From Octopus vulgaris (Eukaryota): DNA of 64,000 bases. The stretch lies in contig OX597831.1 in assembly GCA_951406725.2 (NCBI GenBank), positions 7,192,001 to 7,256,000 of the forward strand, read 5' to 3'. Both the position numbers and the translations under genes were made by a program. Below, piece by piece: positions 27,756 to 41,502 of the stretch. The notes beneath the pieces were generated by a model. That model had not been told where the DNA came from, made no database searches, and saw only the letters and a program-made list of their open reading frames with translations. Within the stretch, counting starts at the first letter, position 1. Every line of letters begins with the position of its first letter.

Positions 27756-28190
27756 TCATCATCATCATTTAGCGTCCGTTTTCCATGCTAGCATGGGTTG
27801 GACGGTTCAACTGGGGTCTGTGAAGCCAGAAGGCTGCATCAGGCCCAGTCTGGTAGTGTTTCTACAGCTGGATGCCCTTCCTAACGCCAACCACTTCGCG
27901 AGTGTAGTGGGTGCTTTTTATGTGCCACCGGCACAGGTGCCAGTGGGGGCTGGCAATGGCCACGAACGGATGGTGCTTTTACATGCCATCAGCATGGGGG
28001 CCAGGCGAGGCTGGTAACGGATACGAACGGATGGTGCTTTTATGTGCCACCGGCATGGAGGCCAGTCGGGGCGGGGCTGGCAATGGCCACGAACGGATGG
28101 TGCGTTTTACGTGCCACCGGCACGGGGGCCAGGCGAGGCTGGCAACGGCCACGAACGGATGGTGCTTTTATGTGCCACCGGCACGGGGGC
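27756..28190 (-). mobile_element. Family A retroposon with ~5 tandem 55-65 nt units
   Basis: GGCCACGAACGGATGGTGCTTTTA(T/C)GTGCCACCGGCA repeated. Confidence 0.85.
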
Positions 28191-29387
28191 CAATGTATCC
28201 TAGAACAGATTTGGCTGCTATTTCTAGCATGTCAAGAGATTATAGGCTTTTGTCGGTTTCATAAAAGATGGTGGCAACATAATCACTTCATCTAGAAACA
28301 CGTCTGTCATTAAGTTATTAAATATTCAGTTGTTGCATGTACAAGGGAATTGAACAGAATACGATTGCTTGCAAAATTAATCTCATATTCCCTTTGTGAA
28401 AAACTGTCAATTTAAATTCAATTAGCTATCCACCATCTGATGAGCTTGCTGGAAACAGCATTGCTTACATCCTATCAATTTAGCATTCCAGGTAGAAAGA
28501 CAACCATTTTCTTTCATACCAAATCGTGGATATATATTCAAATAGGCCAAGAAGCTTGCCTTTTGCCCTAATTTGCTTTTATAGAAAGTTATTCATACTT
28601 TTACTGTGAAATGTTACCAAGCATGTCAGTATGCTGCTATCCAACTCTGCTCCAGTTGATATAAACAATATTAGATTACACACACACACACACTATTAGT
28701 GTATTGTACAAGTGCATGAGTACATACACGCCAATCCCCACAGACCAGTCGTTCAATTGTACATTAAACGATCAGTTCAATTTCACGTACTTGTGTGAAG
28801 GAAAAAGTTGTAGAGGCCTTTCTCAATATTTTGAAACAGGGTGAATCTATTCAAATAAAAATACACATTCAGATAAATGATCCTTGCCCAATTGCCACTT
28901 GGTTTGATTTTAGTAATATCTTTGTATAACAATATTTACATGTCTCATCAAAGCAAGGATATTTACCTAATTTGCAATTTATTTTTTTTCATATATACAC
29001 ACACACATTCTCTGTCCTTTACATATCTACACAGTCCTGCCCCCAGCCATTCTAATTCCTTTCACCATTACTTGCTTGTCACCTCTACCTCCTCTCTAAA
29101 CGTTTCCCTTCACACTCTTATGGACACATCCCCTTCTATCCCCTCTCTACCACCTATATCCACCCTCTCTGTACCTTGTGGGTATGTCCCAATGCATCTC
29201 CTACACCATCTATTTCTTTTTCTCACTGTCTCTCTTCCACTCCTTTCTTTTCCTCTCGGGGATAGCCAAGTATTTTCTTTATAGTAAGACACCTATCTCT
29301 ATTATACTTTATCTCTCAATTGGTAAAGAGCCCCCTTTCTCAGTACCTCTCCCTCTCCCAGCCACGTTACTTGGTGACCCTGCTAGT

Positions 29388-29604
29388 TAGTGCTGGTGCT
29401 ACATAAGAAGCAGTAGTGATGGTGCCACATAAAAAGCACCCAGTACACTCTGTGTAAAGTGCTTGACATTAGGAAGGGCATCCAATCATAGAAACCACAC
29501 CAAAGCAGACAGTGGAATTTGGGGCAGCTCTCTGGCCTACCAGCTGCTGTCAGACCATCCAGGCCATGCCAGCACGGAAGACAGATGTTAAATGATGATG
29601 ATGA
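29388..29604 (+). mobile_element. Older family A copy
   Basis: TTAGGAAGGGCATCC...CATGCCAGCACGGAAGACAGATGTTAAATGATGATGATG. Confidence 0.65.
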
Positions 29605-30745
29605 TCACACACACACACCATTACAGTTTATGTAACCCATATTTGGAGTGCTAGAGAGTACTGTCACTCAAAAGAACAAAGTATGGAAGAGAAATGAGCT
29701 TTGTACACACTCCTCCTCCATTTGTAAGTCGATTGAGACTCACTTGAATGGGGAAAAGGCTATACCAGAATGGACAAAGAGTTTTTGAAACTGAAATTTC
29801 ATCATTTACAACTCAGAATGCAACCTTCAATTAAATGAATCTTTTTATAACAGATTGCTATAAGCTTTCTTGAGCTTTGCAAAATTTGCTTTTTTTAAGA
29901 CATATATCTGGTCATGGCTTCAATGCTTTAAGTGGCAGCATAGCTTATCCTATAGGACAGTGCGTTTGCTAATCTAAAGCTGTTCTTTCTATCACTCTTG
30001 TATTTTTAATACAGTGATCGTAAATTTGCCATAGAAAAATTGTTATGACAACCTCAATCCCCATTCATACAAATATTGCTTTGAACCATAGCTAAGAATC
30101 TTTCATTCTTCCTTGTATTACAGTGAATGGATGGAATCACTGTTTATACTGTGACATCAAACAATTGGGAAGAACCTTTTCAAGCACATTTGTCTACTCT
30201 GAATCATTCGTACTTTTTTTTATTGAGAGATTTTATTAAACAGCCACAACTTCAATATATTCTCATAGCAAATCACTTCATCAAGCTTGTTATAGCCAAT
30301 TCAATATATTTTATCAATACATTTAAAACTATATAAACTTATAAATAATCTTTATATTATTGCCATTAATTGACTGCAATAACTATCAATATCTGCAATC
30401 AGTTTTATCAAATTGCTACCATTCACATCACTGATGTCTCAGACACGGTCAATACTTCTAAAGAACCAAACATACTTCATTGGTTGCCAATTAGTTACAA
30501 TTATACATGCTATATAGCATTAGTCGTCAATCACCCAAATATTAAAAGTAAAATAATTATGGTCATCTAAGGTCAACTTTTATCTTAAAATAATAGCAAG
30601 TTGTCAATTTAAAAAAATATATTTAGTTGTTTAGCTCATGGTTTACTTAACCTGCCAAATTCTGCTTTATATCAAACATGACAATTCTTTTCAATAAAAA
30701 CCAAAAAATGTTTTACATAATACATGGTTTGCAACTCACACCTAA

Positions 30746-30933
30746 CATCATCATCATCATCGTTTAACGTCCATTTTCCATGCTAGCATGGGTTGGACGG
30801 TTCGACCAGGGTCTGGGAAGCCAGGAGGCTGCACCAGGCTCCAGTCTGATCTGGCAGTGTTTCTACAGCTGGATGCCCTTCCTAACGCCAACCACTCCGT
30901 GAGTGTACTGGGTGCTTTTTACGTGCCACTGGC
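30746..30933 (-). mobile_element. Family A retroposon, 5'-truncated
   Basis: Near-consensus copy. Confidence 0.85.
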
Positions 30934-31947
30934 ATATACACATAGAGAGAGAGAGAGGGGAAGGAAGGAAGGACAGAGAAGACTAAGGCACCTAGTGACT
31001 GACTGAAACAATATTGAAACAAAAAAAAAAAAAGCAAATGAGAATAATTTTACACTCATTCTTGCAAGGGTGAGATTATTTATTTGGTGGAGAAATCATT
31101 TCTATACTAAAATGGCCTTCCTGTCGTGAATGAGTAAATGATTTTTTTTTTTTGAAGCTCTTCTTTTTTTTCTCAAATGTGGTAAACTGGAACCAGCAGA
31201 GTTGGAGGCTGGACTTGAGAACAGCATAATCACAATTACAAGATTTGAACTCCAAACTGTTTAGATCAGTCATCCAATACTTTACTCTCGTAACTATTAT
31301 GTCTCATGGGGTTAATAATCTAGAAAATTTTAAGTGAGATTTTGCAAACAACCAGTTACTAATTAACATTGTATTACTGCAGCTCATTATGTTTTTTGTC
31401 AGTTTCCCCACCTCTTTTATTAATTGACAATATGACAGAAATATTTTTCAAAATATTTCTACATTTTATAATTACAAAGAAATAACATTTTACTAATGAT
31501 CAATTAAAAGTGTGGATGGTAGCAAATGGTAAGCTAAATCTGATTTCCTTCAAATATATAAACCGTAGAACAAACACATTTCAAGTAGAAAATTACACCA
31601 GTTCAGATATCATTAAGACCAATAATGATCATAATCCTCGTTATTGCCTTTTAATTCCTGTTCAACAACAATATTAACACTTCCTTTCCATACACTTAGT
31701 AGAATCATCTTTGACAACTCTTTAGACCAACATCTAACTCTGCATACAATGAAAACACCTATGGAATTGGTACAAAGTAGAATAATATTTCCACTGCATA
31801 GTTTCAAATTGAAATTTCATCAAAGACTTTCTCGATATAAGTAGCAGTAGACCACTTCAGGTTTTACCATATACAAAATTTGCCCAGCATTTTACAGGCT
31901 CTTTCCACTTCTATCACTTGGCACCACTTTGTCCAAGATTCATTTAA

Positions 31948-32165
31948 GGCGGCGAGCTGGCAGAAACGTTAGCATGTTGAGTGAAATGCGTAGCCGTATT
32001 TTGTCTGCCGTTATGTTCTGAGTTCAAATTCTGCCGAGGTCAACTTTGCCTTTCATCCTTTTGGGCTCGATAAATTAAGTACCAGTTACGCACTGGGGTC
32101 GATATAATCGACTTAATCCGTTTTTCTGTCCTTGTTTGTCCCTTGTGGGCAATGAAGAAATAAGA
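31948..32165 (+). mobile_element. tRNA-derived SINE family B, near full length
   Basis: GGCGGCGAGCTGGCAGAAACGTTAG (A-box-like), GAGTTCAAATTC (B-box), CCTTTCATCCTTT.GG.TCGATAAATTAAGTACCAG core. Confidence 0.8.
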
Positions 32166-32225
32166 TTCATTCTCCACATACATTACATGTCCATACAAAC
32201 TCAACTCTTCTTTCTTGCACAAAAC

Positions 32226-32665
32226 CAAGTGCGGTCAAAAGTTTCTATGAATTTCCAAAGATGATTTTTGGCAACTTGTACCTCCATGTTATATCGTTAG
32301 TTTGATACTAGTTATTGTTTCGTCTTTATTTTCATACGGAACATATAAACATCGTTTATTCTATATTTTACAGTATAACAATGCTCCAGAACACACTGCC
32401 AAGTGCAAACTTGAGGGTCTAGAAGTGCTTTCTCACCTTACGTACAGTCCACACCTTACAGCATTAGATGACCAGTTTCCAAGCCATGGTTCATTTCCTA
32501 AACAGATGGAGGTTCAACAATGTGGATGAGGCTGAAAATGGGTGTAGGGAGTTTGTTTTTTTTTAGCCTCTAAACCAGGGTTGGAGGTTTAAACATGGAA
32601 TTGAGCTTCTAGCACAATGATGGAAACAGACAATAGAATATGATGGCGTATATTTTGAAGAATAT
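32226..32665 (+). mobile_element. Internally deleted mariner relic (transposase C-terminus)
   Basis: QYNNAPEHTA (HDNAxPH-like), EVLSHLTYSPHL (HPPYSPDL-like), then GIELLAQ*WKQTIEYDGVYFEE (mariner C-terminal motif). Confidence 0.7.
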
Positions 32666-33127
32666 ATATATAGCTATATATTCCATTGCTAATTAGGGCA
32701 CCAATATAACAGTAACTACCAATCACTTCTAGGGAGCCCTCTAAGCATTTGAAAGAATTTTATAGGTGCTCTTACTACTAACTACATCTACTTCGTATAA
32801 AACCCTCATCACTTCTTTTACATCTTTTGTGCATACATTGTTTATACTGGAGACACAGAATGACATCATCATCATTTAATATCCACTTTCCATGCTGGTG
32901 TGGGCTGGACAGTTCCACACACCTATATGCACAAAATACCTGTACAAATTAAAACATGCAAAAAAGCTCATGATGAATAAAAATAGTGCAAAACATCTGA
33001 AAACCAATTTGTAGGCTTCATATTTGTTTGGTGATAAAAACCTCGGGATTACAGTAAAACAAATCCTTATAGAGATTTGAGGTAAATACATGAGCCAGGT
33101 ATTTCCAATATCAGCATCAATAACCAT

Positions 33128-33456
33128 TTGATTTGACTTGACTTGAGACAGCATTCATCTGGGGTGGGTTGAGCTGGCTTCATCCATCCTCAATGCTGCA
33201 TCTCTCACAAATGCCGACCAGGCCTGGCAATTTGAGGCTAACGACCGCGTGATCTCCAACCACTCCTTATTCCAGCGGCGAACACCGTAGATATGGGGGC
33301 CTAGGTTGGGTTCCAGATCAGCCTTGACTGTCATCAGCCAGGTTTTTCGTTGTCCACCACATCGCTTTCGCCAACCCTGAAGGGGAGCTGGGGCAATTGC
33401 TTTGTAGATGAATTCTCCTGGTTGACGACGGAGGGCATGACCCAGCCAATGCAGCC
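33128..33456 (-). mobile_element. RTE-clade LINE 3' end with (CAAGT)n tail
   Basis: Minus strand uninterrupted frame LHWLGHALRRQPGE...GWRKRCGGQRKTWLMTVKADL...LASNCQAWSAFVRD...PR* followed by CAAGTCAAGTCAAATCAA. Confidence 0.8.
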
Positions 33457-33510
33457 AAGCTATCTATAAAATTCTAGTTCAATATGGATTTTTTTCAAAT
33501 ATTTCTTGAT

Positions 33511-33860
33511 AGCTGTGTGGTAAGAAGTTTGCTTCTTAATCACATGGTTCCAAGTTCAGTCTCACAGAGTGACACCTTAGACAAGTGCCTCAGGTCAACC
33601 AAAGCCTTGTGAGTGGATTTGGTAGACAGAAACTGAAAGTAACCTGTCGTGTGAGCGTGTGTGTGTGTGTTTGTCCTACTCCACCACCAGTTGACAACAG
33701 GTGTTGGCATGTTCACATCCTTGTAACTTAGCAAAAAGGACCAATAGGATAAGCACCAGGATTAAGAAAATGTACAGGGGTTGATTCATTCGACTACAAT
33801 TCTCCAAAGCAGTGCCCCAGCATGGCCACAGTCGAATGACTGAAATGAGTAAAAGATAAC
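33511..33860 (+). mobile_element. SINE family C, full-length-like
   Basis: GCTGTGTGGTAAGAAGTTTGC head, CORE-like ACCTTAGACAAGTG, (GT)n spacer, tail CCCCAGCATGGCCACAGTC...TAAAAGATAA. Confidence 0.75.
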
Positions 33861-34074
33861 ACTAAAGAGATATAAAAATATTTTGAAAAAAAGTTCCTAT
33901 TTCAATATCTCAAATTAAATTAAAGCTTCTTAATTAAGAAGCTTTAATTATAGTTGACTGTTTATAAGATTGAGCAACGAATTCTAGAAGAACCTCATGC
34001 CTCCAGAAAACACATTACAATATCAACACATCTCTATTCCAAGTTCATATAGGTATTGATAAAATGGCTATCTG

Positions 34075-34435
34075 TAGGTGCAGCTGTGTGCTTAGAAGTT
34101 AGCTTTTCAACCACATAGTTCTGGGTTCAGTCCCACTGCATGGCACCTTGGGCAAGTGTTTTCTACAATAGTCCCAGGCTGACCAAAGCCTTGTGAGTGA
34201 ATTTGGTAGACAGAAACTGAAAAACGTCTGTCATGTAATATATCTGTGTGTCCCCACTACCACTTGACAAGCAATATTGGTTTATTCGTGTCCCCCATAA
34301 CTTAGCGGTTCGGCAAAAAGGAGATTGATAAAATAAGTAGCAACTTTAGAAAATAAGTCCTGGAGTCAATTTGTCTGGCTAAAATTGTTCATGGCAGTGT
34401 CTCAGCATGGCTGCAGTCCAGAAACTAAAACAAGT
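34075..34435 (+). mobile_element. SINE family C, full-length-like
   Basis: GGGTTCAGTCCCACTGCATGGCACCTTGGGCAAGTG...AAAGCCTTGTGAGTGAATTTGGTAGAC. Confidence 0.75.
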
Positions 34436-35069
34436 GTCAATGCAGTTTGGTTACACACCTTTCCTACAAAGATTGTTCTCAGGTAAGAAACCAACAATTT
34501 TACATATTAAGATATGAACTCACAACAAGGATGGATAATGCAAAAAAGCCAGATATTTGATAAACCTATCCCGAGATCATTTTTTTTCTTTATTTTTAGA
34601 TGATATCCAAAAGCAACAGGTAATCGTTTATTTCCAATTAGCAACACAAATGCAGATGGGAAACAATATCGATTAGAAAAGTAAAGAATACATGGAGGAT
34701 CTTCCACAAATTGCAAAAATAAAAGAAAGAAGCGGAAAACAAAATAGCAAAATAAAAATTTAGAGAAATACAAAACCTAAAAACCACAATTATTCTCAGG
34801 TTAACCTACATGAATCAAATAAACAAAATAGATAAGGATGTGGAGGGGGAGGATTCAGGCATTGAACAAACACAATTACCTCCCAAATTTGCAGCGGAGA
34901 CACAGATCTTTGGAGAATATTCTCATTTAAACACACACACACAATGAAGGTGGCAAGAAGATTATATTTTGGAAAAATATATAAACATTATCAAACTTGT
35001 TACGTCTGATTATGTTTTTGCCAAAATGTACATCAAGATGTCTTATTTTACTTTCAAGAAAAAAAATTG

Positions 35070-35121
35070 GTGTATACACATAAACACACACATGTATGTA
35101 TGTATATATATGCATATATAT

Positions 35122-35161
<40 letters not shown>

Positions 35162-35310
35162 GCATATATATATATATATGCATGTATATATATGCATGTA
35201 TATATATGCATATATATATATGTATGTATATATATGCATATATATATGTATGGATATAAATACATATACAAATATATATACACACACATTAATATGTATA
35301 TATATATATA
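35070..35310. repeat. Degenerate (TA)n/TGCA microsatellite
   Basis: Direct reading. Confidence 0.9.
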
Positions 35311-35418
35311 AAAATATAATTAAGGGTATCTAAAAGATACCACCATGATAGATATAGCAGTCAAAACTTGACTCTAAAACCACATGAATATTTGATGTGG
35401 TTTTAAAAACCTCATAGG

Positions 35419-35461
<43 letters not shown>

Positions 35462-35473
35462 CATATGTGCATG

Positions 35474-35958
35474 TCTGGCACCTGTGCCGGTGGCACGTAA
35501 AAAGCACCCACTACACTCACGGAGTGGTTGGCGTTAGGAAGGGCATCCAGCCATAGAAACACTGCCAGATCAGACTGGGCCTGGTGCAGCCTTCTGGCTT
35601 TCCAGACCCCAGTTGAACCATCCAACCCATGCTAGCATGGAAAGCGAACGCTAAACGATGATGATGATGATATATACACATATATAAATATATATATACA
35701 CACATATATACGTATATATATATACACATACATATGTACGTGTATATATATATATATATATATATATATGTGCAGGTGGCACGTAAAAAGCACCCACTAC
35801 ACTCACGGAGTGGTTGGCGTTAGGAAGGGCATCCAGCTGTAGAAACATTGCCAGATTAGACTGGAGCCTGGTGCAGCCTTCTGGCTTCCCAGAACCCCGG
35901 TCGAACCGTCCAACCCATGCTAGCATGGAGAACGGACGTTAAACGACGATGATGATGA
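35474..35958 (+). mobile_element. Two tandem 5'-truncated family A copies (35474-35670, 35770-35958) embedded in (TA)n
   Basis: Both end AAACGA(T/C)GATGATGATGA. Confidence 0.85.
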
Positions 35959-36528
35959 TATATAATATATATATATAATATATATATATATATACACACA
36001 CATATATATATATACATACACACACACATATAGATAGATAGATATGTGTGTGTGTGTGTGTATTAGAGAGAGATTGAAGGAGAGAGAGGAGCGAGAGAGA
36101 AGTGGTTAGAATTAATATTTGAAGAATGACGACAATAAAAGCCGGCAGCTCGATCCTCATAAATATTTTCACACTGCATTAAACAAATAAAATAGAAACG
36201 AGCCAACCATTCTCGTCCGACTTGGTAGAAATGACAACCATATCTTTCCTCCCAAAACACCTCAATGTCTTGAATAAAGATTCATTGGACAATATTAGAC
36301 GTTATATAGAAAAAGATGACAGCATCACGGCCGGAATGCCTTTGATCATGGATGGGTTCGATCAAAGCTGACCTGGGGTTAAATAAATCTCAGGCAAGAA
36401 AATTGGCAAAAATCATGAGTTTATTTGATTTTACTCAAAACAGAAAAAATAAATTCAAAGAAGGAAGTGACAGCATTGAATTCAAAGTTTTAGAATATTT
36501 CAGTCAAAATGATTTAGAAAGATTCAAA

Positions 36529-36532
<4 letters not shown>

Positions 36533-36576
<44 letters not shown>

Positions 36577-36857
36577 TGCGTGCGTGTGTGTGTGAGTGTG
36601 TGTGTATGTGTGTGAGTGAGTGTGTGAGTGAGTGAGTGAGTGTGTGTGTGAGTGAGTGTGTGAGTGTGAGTGTGTGAGTGTGTGTGTTGTGTTTGTGTGT
36701 TGAGTGTGTGTGTTGAGTGTGTGTGAGTGTGTGTGTGTGTTGTTTGTGTTGAGTGTGTGTGTTGAGTGTGTGTGTGTGTGTGAGTTGTGTGTGAGTGTGT
36801 GTTGTGTGTGTGTGTGTGTGTTGTGTTTGTGTGTTGAGTGTGTGTGTGTAAGTGTGT

Positions 36858-36912
<55 letters not shown>

Positions 36913-36917
36913 TGTTG
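36533..36917. repeat. Long imperfect (GT)n tract
   Basis: Direct reading, ~385 bp. Confidence 0.95.
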
Positions 36918-38362
36918 TAGGTGTTATTGGCGTTGAGGTTCTAATCTTAATTTGAATGTTTTAAAAGTGGTGATTATTGTGAATACCCAAAAAAGTTGAC
37001 GAACCAAAGACAATGAGTTCCAACATCACCATCTCTCTCTCTCTCTGATGGCAAAGGAGGGGCCAAAGCTTGCTACGTAAAGGAGGGTGAATTTCCTTTA
37101 GAATTGAACAAAAACAAAATTTATTGATTTCTGACCGATACAAAATTCAAATGTTGAATCTGATTAACTCGAACCGCCCATATTGTCCCACATACATGAC
37201 TGGTATTCGAACGGACATTAAAATAGGAAGTGAATTCACAGCTGTCGTTGTTGTCGGTTAAATGTCAAACAAATGCGCAGCATTAGAAGATCCATGTGCT
37301 TTTTGTATGAGGGTCACTTCTTAAATTAACCAAACAGCGTCGAAACGATAATAATAGACACAAATGACAACTATGGTGATTCCTTTATTAACCAATATAA
37401 ATGTTTACGAGAAAAGGAAACCATTTATCATTGTTATTTCCACGGCCTTGAGTCTAAATTATAATCCTTTATTCTACGCTTATCTCAAGAGGCATCCCTT
37501 ATCAAAAAAGCACCAATTTAGACACAAGGCCACACAAATAATAACAACAATAAAGATAATTCTTCTAATTTCAGGCCCAAAAGGCGGCACATTTTCGGAG
37601 AAGGCAACAGGCGATTGCCATCGATCCTCATTGATACCAAATAATGGTGGCTGTAAAGACAGAACTATCATTATTATTATTTATATTATTATACTTAACT
37701 CATATATATATATATTGAGTTATTGTTGTTATTGTTGTGTTGGTATGAGAGGAGAATAATTTGCAAGCAATAATGATGATGAAGAAGAGTTTATTGAAAT
37801 AACTCAACATCAACAAATGGCAGCAGCAGCAGGAGGAACGGTCGTTGTTGTTGACTCTGCTACCAACGTCTGTAGAAGAATAGAATTTAGAAATGGTTAT
37901 AGACTTAGGATAGACTCGATTGGATCCAATTCTATCAGTTTTATGTCGCAGCTACACAAATAACACCCTTTTTTTTTTTGTTTAAATAAAGAAACGAAAT
38001 AAATATGACTTAGAGAAAGAGAAAATGAAAGATTATTTTCTCTTCTTTAAAAAATAGTTGATATATTTTTTTCACACATTGCTTCGAAATACGAAATGCG
38101 GATATTTTTTTTTTAAATATAATAATATTTCTTTCCCCAATATAAATAAATAGTCGATGTTTTTCATTTCTGTAATCGAATAGATTTGTGAATTCAATGA
38201 AATATTTATAGGAAATCTGTGTCTGAGGAAATATTGTAACAACATTCTCACAGAAAACGGTATTTCATGATGATGAAGGTACCACAGACAAAGACCATGA
38301 TGAAATATATACATAAATACATACACTCGGCGAAGTAAGGAGTTTGTATGTGTGTGTAGGAT

Positions 38363-38425
<63 letters not shown>

Positions 38426-38576
38426 ATTTAATACTAAATTGAATTTTTCCCGTAAGTTTGGAGTTATTAATATTTTTTATATATATTATATACTGTGAAA
38501 TTTGATTTAATACTAAATTGAATTTTTATATGTAAGTTTGGAGTTATACTCCCATAATATTATTATTATATTATTA

Positions 38577-38625
<49 letters not shown>

Positions 38626-39239
38626 GTACACACTTGAATTTCTGGGCATGAAGTAACAAACTCTAAGCAAGGCTGGCAGTGGAAATGGTAAACATACATT
38701 TCCGACTAATTTCCATCGTCGAAGACAAAACAAAAAGCAAGCTAAAAAAAAAAACCAACGAATATCCATTGCTTCCTTCTTTAAAATAAATAACAAATTC
38801 CCTCAATGTTCCGCCAGTTTTCACAAACAAACCAAAATCTTTTCTTTACAACAAAACACCACCAACAACAAGAACAAGGTCACAACTTGTTGACCGAATA
38901 TAACAAATCATTAAATAAATATTATTAGAATATCGACATTACTTGTTGTGTTTGCTGCTGCCTCTGTCTCTTTCGGGGTGAAAGGGTCTTTTAAAGCAAG
39001 GAATTTTAAAGACAGTTTGATGTCAAGACGTTTCTTCAGACCAATTCCGACATAAGAACCCGTTTACTGATAAACGCCACCGCGTTCACACAATACACAC
39101 AAGGAACAAAAAATGTTCCATAATATTACTATTATACATACATTAGTATACTTATATATTATACACGGATATACCATATATACATTCTACATATATTTTA
39201 AACTGATGAGAATAGGTATTAGACACTGATCTTAGCCTA

Positions 39240-40170
39240 TATCATATACATACATACATCCTATAATTATTATATACATATTGTACACATATTATATACA
39301 TATACACACATATATACATACATATCATATACATATATATATATATACACACATATCATATACATATTATATACATATACACAAATATCATACACATATA
39401 TATACATATACACACATATCATACACATATATATACATATACACACATATCATACACATATATATATACATATATACATACATATATACATATCATATAC
39501 ATACATATCATATACATATACATATATACACACATATATACATACATATCATATACATATATATATATACACACATATCATATACATATTATATACATAT
39601 ACACACATATATATATATACATATATATACATATATACATATATATACATATTATATACACATACACACATATATACATATTATATACACATACACACAT
39701 ATATACATATTATATACACATACACACATATATACATATTATATACACATACACACATATATACATATTATATACACATACACACATATATACATATTAT
39801 ATACACATACACACATATATACATATTATATACACATACACACATATATACATATTATATACACATACACACATATATACATATTATATACACATACACA
39901 CATATATACATAAACACATATATACACATACACATACGTATATACACATATCATATACATATATACAATATCATATACATATATACACATATCATATACA
40001 TATATACACATATCATATACATATATACACATATCATATACATATATACACATATATACATATATATATACACACACACATTATACACATAATATACATA
40101 TACACATATAATATACATATACACATAAAAAGATACATAGTATATACATACATACATAGTATATATACTG
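39240..40170. repeat. TA/CA-derived minisatellite with 29-bp and 21-bp higher-order units
   Basis: ATATATACATATTATATACACATACACAC repeated from ~39641; ATATCATATACATATATACAC from ~39948. Confidence 0.9.
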
Positions 40171-41451
40171 TATATCTCTTATATACATATATGATAAATA
40201 GATATTAGAAAAGATGGTCAGATATTTCCATTTTATAATTTAGCCTGGAATCATTATCGCAGTAACAAAATAAAACAACATTTTGTATTGTAATAATTGT
40301 TTTGTAAATATTTATTCCCCTGTGTTTAATCTAATCTATATTCAGGAATAGATTTCGATTCTTATCTTTTGTTATTTATTATCAAAAAGCTATAAATACT
40401 CAATGCCAAACAAACACACAAGTCATCAGCAACAATTCCTCAACATTGATAATTATGGCTTTCCTTTTGTTTTATGATTGCTTTTTTGGTTCCTGCCAAA
40501 CTCCAAAGGTAAAAGAAACCATTGTTATTGATGGAAGAATCATTTCTTTTAGTGGCAGCAACAACTGCCAGGTAAAAACCATTCTCATCCGTTTGAACTC
40601 TGCCGACTGAAAGCCACGTTTATATTTTTGAATTATTGCCCTAAAAAAAGGGGGAGGAATTGTTGCATATTTTTCATAAGAGAGACGTAAATATAATGAA
40701 ATATGATTATGGAGAAGAAGGTGAGAGAGGAAAAACCAGCATCAGATGAGAATTTAGGAAGGTACCATGACAACAACATCAGGAATCAATTGGAAAAGAC
40801 GAAGAAGAAGAAGAAATAAACTATGGTCATGTTTAATGTAGTAATAGTGTTTGTTGATGCTGGGTAGTCTAAAATATCTTTAATTATATATTTATATGAA
40901 AACCTATCAAGTGTGAAGGGGACTCGAGGCGGATGGGAGAAGAAAAGAAGAGGCATTAAATGATGAGAAAGAAGTTTCGTATTACATATGTTGTTGTTTG
41001 GGGAGGAAGCAACAGGGTCGATGGATTAATTAATTAACTAATTAATAATAATAGTGTCAGAGTGTATATATCAATAAGGGTGGAAGATAAAAAGGAAACG
41101 ATCCTCAATCCACTTTGGGTCGATGGGGAGTCGGTCACCCGATGCGCTAGAAATAGCAGCCAATTCTCCATCACATCTAAAAACCAAAAGTATTTTTTTA
41201 AAAATATAAACTGGAAAAATACATACTGGACAATGTAATCATGTAGTATGCCAAATAAAGAAAAGAAAAAAACGAGATGGTCATGGCTGGAACACTTTTG
41301 ATCATAGGAGATATTGTGTGCTTCTATCGGTGTTGATTTGGAGCCAGTGGCGTAGTGTAAGGTGACCAACACTCAAGACACGACCACAGCCTCGAAAGTT
41401 CAATTACAATTTAGATTCCTTCTTCAAATTATCATATACATCATCTTTCTC

Positions 41452-41498
<47 letters not shown>

Positions 41499-41502
41499 AT
41501 AT

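Noticed and set aside
27905-28190. CRISPR-like repeat/spacer appearance
   Set aside because: Eukaryotic context, no cas genes, linkers are homologous to each other, and the array is internal to a dispersed retroposon.
26452-28295. Recurrent ORFs containing [30 protein letters not shown]
   Set aside because: Translations of the GC-rich family A repeat, recurring wherever it is inserted; not a gene family.
28432-28470. CTGATGAG...GAAAC hammerhead-like core
   Set aside because: Stem II is at most 1 bp and stem I cannot form.
34927-36955. Numerous ORFs rich in YI/CV/HT dipeptides (also 39281-40157, 53076-53445)
   Set aside because: Translations of (TA)n, (GT)n and (CA)n microsatellites.
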